Below are positions 7,458-10,805 of a DNA stretch of 10,805 nt, piece by piece. The notes below the pieces were generated by a model that saw only the letters and a list, made by a program, of their open reading frames with translations, was not told the origin of the DNA and did not search any database. Origin of the DNA: Candidatus Iainarchaeum sp. Its GTDB lineage: Archaea > Iainarchaeota > Iainarchaeia > Iainarchaeales > CSSED10-239. The position numbers were made by a program, and so were the translations under genes. The stretch covers positions 1 to 10,805 of the forward strand of contig PWLL01000074.1 in assembly GCA_003559395.1 (NCBI GenBank). Reading direction: 5' to 3'. The number at the start of each line of letters is the position of its first letter. Positions within the stretch are counted from its first letter, which is position 1.

Positions 7458-7488
7458 AAAAAATCGTCTTTAAAAACTAGTTTTAAAG
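7458..7488 (-). terminator. AT-rich hairpin plus a T6 tract after the FKBP gene.
   Basis: A perfect 8-bp inverted repeat, ctttaaaa/ttttaaag (7468..7475 and 7481..7488), has a 5-nt loop. It is followed on the minus strand by TTTTTT (7463..7458). The stem is almost all A-T, so it is weak. Confidence 0.3.
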
Positions 7489-7489
7489 C

Positions 7490-8071
7490 TTATTCAGATT
7501 TTTCTGAATCTTTTTGTGTTTCTGATTCTTCTGATTCTTCATGTTTTTCTGAACAATCTTCTTTTGTTTCACAAGATTCACAATCACATTCAGAAGAGTC
7601 TTGTTTTTGTTGGTTTATTTTTTCTTCCATCTCTTGTGCTTCTTTTTCATCTAAAATCTTAACTAGTTTAATATTAAATAAAAGATCTTTTCCTGCTAAA
7701 GGATGATTTAGTACAGCTTTAACTGTTTCTTCTTTTAATTCTTTTATCTCAATAAGCATTGGTCCAAAATTTGTATTTACAACAAATTCTTTTCCTGCTT
7801 CTAGTTGTTTTAGATCTTGAAAAGAAGTTTTAGGAAGTTCAACAATTTGTGTGTTCTTTGGTCCATATGCTTTTTCTAAAGGAATATTTATTTCTTTTTC
7901 TTGTCCTTCTTGCATATCAACTAAAGCCTCATCAAAACCAGGAATAACCATTCCTAAACCTACTTTAAATTTTAAAGGGTCTCTATCTTTGTTTGAGTCA
8001 AACTGTTCTCCAGTGGATGATATTTTCCCTGAATATTCTACAGCTACCCAATCATTTTTTTTTACATTCAT
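7490..8071 (-). CDS. FKBP-type peptidyl-prolyl cis-trans isomerase, SlyD-like, with an insert-in-flap chaperone domain and a Cys/acidic C-terminal tail.
   Basis: VAVEYSGKISSTGEQFDSN...PLKFKVGLGMVIPGFDEALVDMQEGQEKEINIPLEKAYG forms the FKBP core. An inserted segment follows, then LNHPLAGKDLLFNIKLVKI, the characteristic SlyD/archaeal short-FKBP ending. The tail DSSECDCESCETKEDCSEKHEESEESE covers residues 158-185. Confidence 0.88.
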   Translation of the reverse strand: MNVKKNDWVAVEYSGKISSTGEQFDSNKDRDPLKFKVGLGMVIPGFDEALVDMQEGQEKEINIPLEKAYGPKNTQIVELPKTSFQDLKQLEAGKEFVVNTNFGPMLIEIKELKEETVKAVLNHPLAGKDLLFNIKLVKILDEKEAQEMEEKINQQKQDSSECDCESCETKEDCSEKHEESEESETQKDSEKSE

Positions 8072-8079
8072 TTTATCAA

Positions 8080-8117
8080 CTCCAATAAATATATAAAAGG
8101 GATAAAACCTTTATAAA
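8080..8117 (-). promoter_or_regulatory. Promoter/RBS region of the FKBP gene: TTTATAAA and TTTATATA boxes plus a GGAG.
   Basis: The minus strand reads TTTATAAAggttttatcccTTTTATATAtttattGGAGttgataaaATG. GGAG (8080..8083) lies 8 nt before the ATG. The distal box (8110..8117) would give a leader of about 15 nt that includes the GGAG. Confidence 0.4.
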
Positions 8118-8145
8118 TATATTTTATATAATATTTTTAAACAAA

Positions 8146-9480
8146 TCATTCATTTGCCCATTCAATTTTGGTAAGTGGAGTTGGTTTTAGAAAAGGATAT
8201 TTTTTTACAACAAAATTAGATATAAAACCAATATCCTCTATAGTTTTTTTAAGTTCTTTTTCTGAAGGGTTATATGAGATTCTTTCTATTTCTAATTGAT
8301 AGAGTTCTTTATTTTCTTTTATGGTTTCATATATTAAAGTTCTATCAATAGATATATGATATTTGGTGCCAACAGAATTTTTGATCACAAAATGTTTTTT
8401 TTCTCTTTTTAAAATTTTATATGGCAGTTGTAACAAACTAGGATCAAACTTTTTTTCAACTTCTTTTCTTTTTAAAATACAATTAAGTCCATATTTATCT
8501 TTTAATATTTCTGAATTACTTTTTACAACTAATTTTTGATTTAAGCCTTTAAGTGTTATTCTATGCATTTTATTTGAATCTTTTTTAAAAACATATCTAT
8601 GAATTGCAGCTCCTTCTGCAAAAAACGGATATCTGGTCCATAGTTTAAAACCTTTTATCTCTCCGTTTGTGATATCTTTTTTTATATTTTGAATTATATT
8701 TTGATTATTTTCTGTAAACACAAATTTGGCTTCAATTTCTGTGTTTGTTTTTGGTTTTTTTCGATTATATTTTTTAGATAAATAACTTCTGAAATAATGA
8801 TATGCCATATCTTTTTTTGAAACAATTAATTTATAATCACAAGTTTCTAACAAATCATATATTATTTTTATTTCTTTTAATTTTTCAACAGTTTTAGGAT
8901 ATTTTATTTCAACACGCACATATGGTTCTGAACCAATCTTAACATATTCTAGGTTTTCTTTAAACACAAAATATTTCATATCTGTATCTATCGTGACTCT
9001 AAATTTAGGATTGTTGTTTATTAAATAATGTTCTCTTTTATTAACACTCATAAGACATGGGTATAAAGCGTTTTCAAACTTATAGTGTTCTATTTTTTGA
9101 GAATTTATTTTTTTAATAATCTCTTTTAAAGACAATTTTTCTCTTTTTTTATAACTTGTTTTCACACCGTTTTTAACATAGTTTTCTTTAGTTTCAAAAA
9201 CCCATTTACTTAAAAGACTAATATCACCAACATCTGGTGTATTAGAATATTTTCTTGCTCTTATAGATAAGTTAAAAGGCACTTCATGTTCTTTATTATT
9301 AAAATAAATAGTCTGGTTATATTTTTTAGTATTATCTAAACTTGCAATCTTAAGAAGATGTGAAACAAATTTATTTAAGTTTTCTTTTTTAATAACAAAT
9401 CCTTTTTCTATTCGAGAATCTTTTTGGTTTAGTTTGGATTTGGAATAAAAAACTTTTTTTTTTGCAACCATTTTTTCCAT
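8146..9480 (-). CDS. Uncharacterised protein with two tandem triphosphate tunnel metalloenzyme-like modules: an N-terminal VTC-like module and a C-terminal CYTH/VTC-like module with an ExExK motif.
   Basis: The N-terminal half matches the VTC-domain pattern: SRIEKGF, TIYFNNKEHEVPF, LSIRARKY, WVFETKENYVKNGVKTSYKKREKL, YPCLMSVNKREHY, FRVTIDTDMKY, VRVEIKYP and IVSKKDMAY. The C-terminal half has TEIEAKF (an ExExK motif, nt 8725..8739), MHRITLKG, KLVVKSN, ILKRKEVE, YKILKREKKHF, YHISIDRT, YQLEIE and LTKIEWA. This rests on pattern matching by eye only. The coding call itself is strong: a long ORF, an ATG start and an upstream TATA box. Confidence 0.55.
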   Translation of the reverse strand: MEKMVAKKKVFYSKSKLNQKDSRIEKGFVIKKENLNKFVSHLLKIASLDNTKKYNQTIYFNNKEHEVPFNLSIRARKYSNTPDVGDISLLSKWVFETKENYVKNGVKTSYKKREKLSLKEIIKKINSQKIEHYKFENALYPCLMSVNKREHYLINNNPKFRVTIDTDMKYFVFKENLEYVKIGSEPYVRVEIKYPKTVEKLKEIKIIYDLLETCDYKLIVSKKDMAYHYFRSYLSKKYNRKKPKTNTEIEAKFVFTENNQNIIQNIKKDITNGEIKGFKLWTRYPFFAEGAAIHRYVFKKDSNKMHRITLKGLNQKLVVKSNSEILKDKYGLNCILKRKEVEKKFDPSLLQLPYKILKREKKHFVIKNSVGTKYHISIDRTLIYETIKENKELYQLEIERISYNPSEKELKKTIEDIGFISNFVVKKYPFLKPTPLTKIEWANE

Positions 9481-9522
9481 CTACGTGTTTATAACAACAC
9501 TAGGTTTTCTTATTATTTTAAG

Positions 9523-9530
9523 TATATAAA
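9523..9530 (-). promoter_or_regulatory. Candidate TATA box for the tandem tunnel-fold gene.
   Basis: The minus strand has cTTTTATATAc spanning -50 to -43 from ATG 9480, which implies a short leader of about 20 nt. Confidence 0.4.
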
Positions 9531-9629
9531 AGTTTAAAAAACAATCTATTTAAGAAAAATGCTTCGCAACCAGCGTTTCATAGAATTCTTTTAAGTGCAA
9601 GAAAGAAAATTGCAGACTCTTTAACACAT

Positions 9630-9664
9630 AAAAAAACTACAAAAACAGAAAACTTTGAAAAAAA
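9630..9664 (-). terminator. Oligo-T tract cluster (archaeal-type intrinsic terminator) after the transglutaminase-like gene.
   Basis: Immediately after the stop codon the minus strand reads TTTTTTTcaaagTTTTctgTTTTTgtagTTTTTTTatg, giving T7, T4, T5 and T7 tracts. Confidence 0.45.
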
Positions 9665-10789
9665 TCAATCTTGATTTTCTAAAAATTCTAAAAGTTCTAT
9701 ATGAAAGTCTTTATAGTTGTGCCATCTATAGTTATCTTCATTATAAACATATCTATCGTTCAAAAATATATCTTCTGAAGTAATAACGACATGTATTTTT
9801 GTTTCTGGAGAATCTATACCATAAAAAACGCCTTCTTTATATTCTATTTTATCTATAAAAAATGCATTTTGTGGTTCTAAAAGAAATGCCTGATCAAGGT
9901 CTTCTATTTCTGAAACATTATTTATTTGTTTATCTGTTATACCTAACAAACAATGATTTGCAATTTTTTGTTGTTGAGGGTCATATATCTCTCCACATAC
10001 AACATATGGATAATAAGCATCACCAAATTGATAACCATCTATATCTTCAGGATAGATCCAATTGTCATAGATTGAATAATTGCTTGCACCTTCTACTTTT
10101 GTTATTGCTTCTATGATTGGTATTTTTTCTTGATCTTTTATATATTTTATCAAATATCTTAAATGTGCAGCAAATAATAAAGAATATTCTTTACAGTCTC
10201 CTTTTTTTGTATCTATAAAAGAAGGTATATCTTGTAATATATCTTTATAGTCTAAACTATATTCTAGATTTAATCTTTTATTATTAACATAAACGTCTAT
10301 ACACGCAACATTTATTATACAATCTCTTCTTGAACAATCAACACAATTTCTTAAATCTCTTTGTATTCTTGTTTGATCGATTATAGAATTTTCTTTAAAC
10401 CAAGTCATTTTTTCTTCAATAATATCTACATATTCATTTATTTCATCTTTAAAGGTTTTAAAGTCTTTTGTGTATTCTTCATCAAGTTGTTCATATTCTT
10501 GTATTAGTTGTTCATGTTCTAAAAAAAGTTGATTATGTTCTTTTACTAAACTATTAAAATCAGATTCTAAATTTGCGTGTTTTTGATTAAGGTTTGTGTG
10601 TTTTGTTGTTAGGTTTTGATAATCTATGGATTTTTCGTTATATTCTGTTTTAAGTTTTTCTAGCTCTTGTGTTGTTGTTAGTAGATTTTCTTCTAGTTGT
10701 TTATTTGTTGTTAATAAAACAAAAGTAAAGATACTTAAAGATAATATCACAACTACTAAAAAAACAAACAACAATTTAATTTTTTTCAT
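9665..10789 (-). CDS. N-terminally membrane-anchored protein with a coiled-coil stalk, a Cys-rich segment and a transglutaminase-like (papain-fold Cys/His) core. Predicted extracellular.
   Basis: MKKIKLLFVFLVVVILSLSIFTFVLLTT is a signal anchor. Residues ~30-130 are heptad-like and Q/E/L/K-rich (KHTNLNQKHANLESDFNSLVKEHNQLFLEHEQLIQEYEQLDEEY). The Cys cluster is NCVDCSRRDCIINVACID. KKGDCKEYSLLFAAHLRYL resembles the G.C...a.lf.allR active-site motif of transglutaminase-like enzymes (Cys199, nt 10193..10195). YVVCGEI...ANHCLLGI supplies a candidate His279 and FLLEPQN a candidate acidic residue, Glu305. Confidence 0.5.
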   Translation of the reverse strand: MKKIKLLFVFLVVVILSLSIFTFVLLTTNKQLEENLLTTTQELEKLKTEYNEKSIDYQNLTTKHTNLNQKHANLESDFNSLVKEHNQLFLEHEQLIQEYEQLDEEYTKDFKTFKDEINEYVDIIEEKMTWFKENSIIDQTRIQRDLRNCVDCSRRDCIINVACIDVYVNNKRLNLEYSLDYKDILQDIPSFIDTKKGDCKEYSLLFAAHLRYLIKYIKDQEKIPIIEAITKVEGASNYSIYDNWIYPEDIDGYQFGDAYYPYVVCGEIYDPQQQKIANHCLLGITDKQINNVSEIEDLDQAFLLEPQNAFFIDKIEYKEGVFYGIDSPETKIHVVITSEDIFLNDRYVYNEDNYRWHNYKDFHIELLEFLENQD

Positions 10790-10805
10790 GTTTTATCTAT
10801 ATATA

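Noticed and set aside
7008-8096. Two plus-strand ORFs (7008..7211 and 7851..8096) lie antisense to serS and the FKBP gene.
   Set aside because: They are short, S/F/I-rich low-complexity artefacts of the AT-rich antisense strand, and they overlap well-supported conserved genes.
9454-9463. An A10 homopolymer (coding strand) sits at codons 6-9 of the tandem tunnel-fold gene, and a similar A9 run lies at 8055..8063 near the FKBP start. These could be slipped-strand phase-variation sites.
   Set aside because: Poly-A runs encoding Lys-Lys-Lys are common throughout this AT-rich, Lys-rich window, including in housekeeping genes. Without read-level length heterogeneity there is no evidence for phase variation. 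The only test would be indel polymorphism in the raw reads.
9541-9624. The longest intergenic spacer contains a GC-richer patch (gcttcgcaaccagcg) and an 11-codon plus-strand ORF (9559..9594). I checked it for a tRNA or small RNA.
   Set aside because: It has no cloverleaf-compatible stems, no conserved tRNA boxes and only 3-4 bp palindromes. The mini-ORF has no RBS or promoter context. The region is best explained as terminator plus promoter spacing between two genes.
9862-10116. A plus-strand 84-aa ORF lies antisense to the transglutaminase-like gene.
   Set aside because: It has no recognisable motifs, ends in a poly-Leu run, and is entirely internal to the longer minus-strand ORF, which has coherent domain structure.
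1-10805. I searched by eye for CRISPR repeats, IS elements or transposases, integrases, toxin-antitoxin pairs, rRNA/tRNA genes and long direct or inverted repeats.
   Set aside because: None were found. The only repeats are short, codon-driven direct repeats inside coiled-coil coding regions, for example tttgttcaatt twice near 4003..4031 (encoding IEQK...IEQK).

Overview
This is a very AT-rich, gene-dense window. All nine recognisable protein genes lie on the minus strand: eight come from the ORF track, and one edge-truncated ORF at 1..331 is missing from the track. Several archaeal hallmarks are directly visible. Two proteins begin with class III (type IV pilin-like) signal peptides of the K(S/T)-VSPLIATILLIV type. 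TTTATATA-type boxes sit about 25-50 nt upstream of start codons. A SlyD-type FKBP with an insert-in-flap domain is present. The proteins are strongly K/E/N-rich, as in small-genome DPANN-type archaea, but that lineage call is inference. Reading right to left along the minus strand, the genes are: (1) a membrane-anchored coiled-coil protein with a Cys-rich, transglutaminase-like C-terminal core; (2) a 444-aa protein that looks like two tandem triphosphate-tunnel (VTC/CYTH-like) modules; (3) an FKBP PPIase with a Cys/acidic tail; (4) seryl-tRNA synthetase; (5) a NYN/LabA-like nuclease separated by only 13 nt (with an SD-like GAAGGT) from (6) a complete SMC ATPase whose hinge looks about half the normal size; (7) a 530-aa protein joining a pilin signal peptide to GLUG repeats; (8) a second pilin-like paralog that runs off the left edge. 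I saw no rRNA, tRNA, CRISPR array, transposase, integrase or long DNA repeat. No known defence or mobile system is recognisable. The candidates most worth follow-up are the tandem tunnel-fold protein, the pilin-signal/GLUG fusion, the NYN-SMC pair with its minimal hinge, and the surface transglutaminase-like protein. All functional calls rest on motif recognition by eye and need profile or structure searches to confirm.
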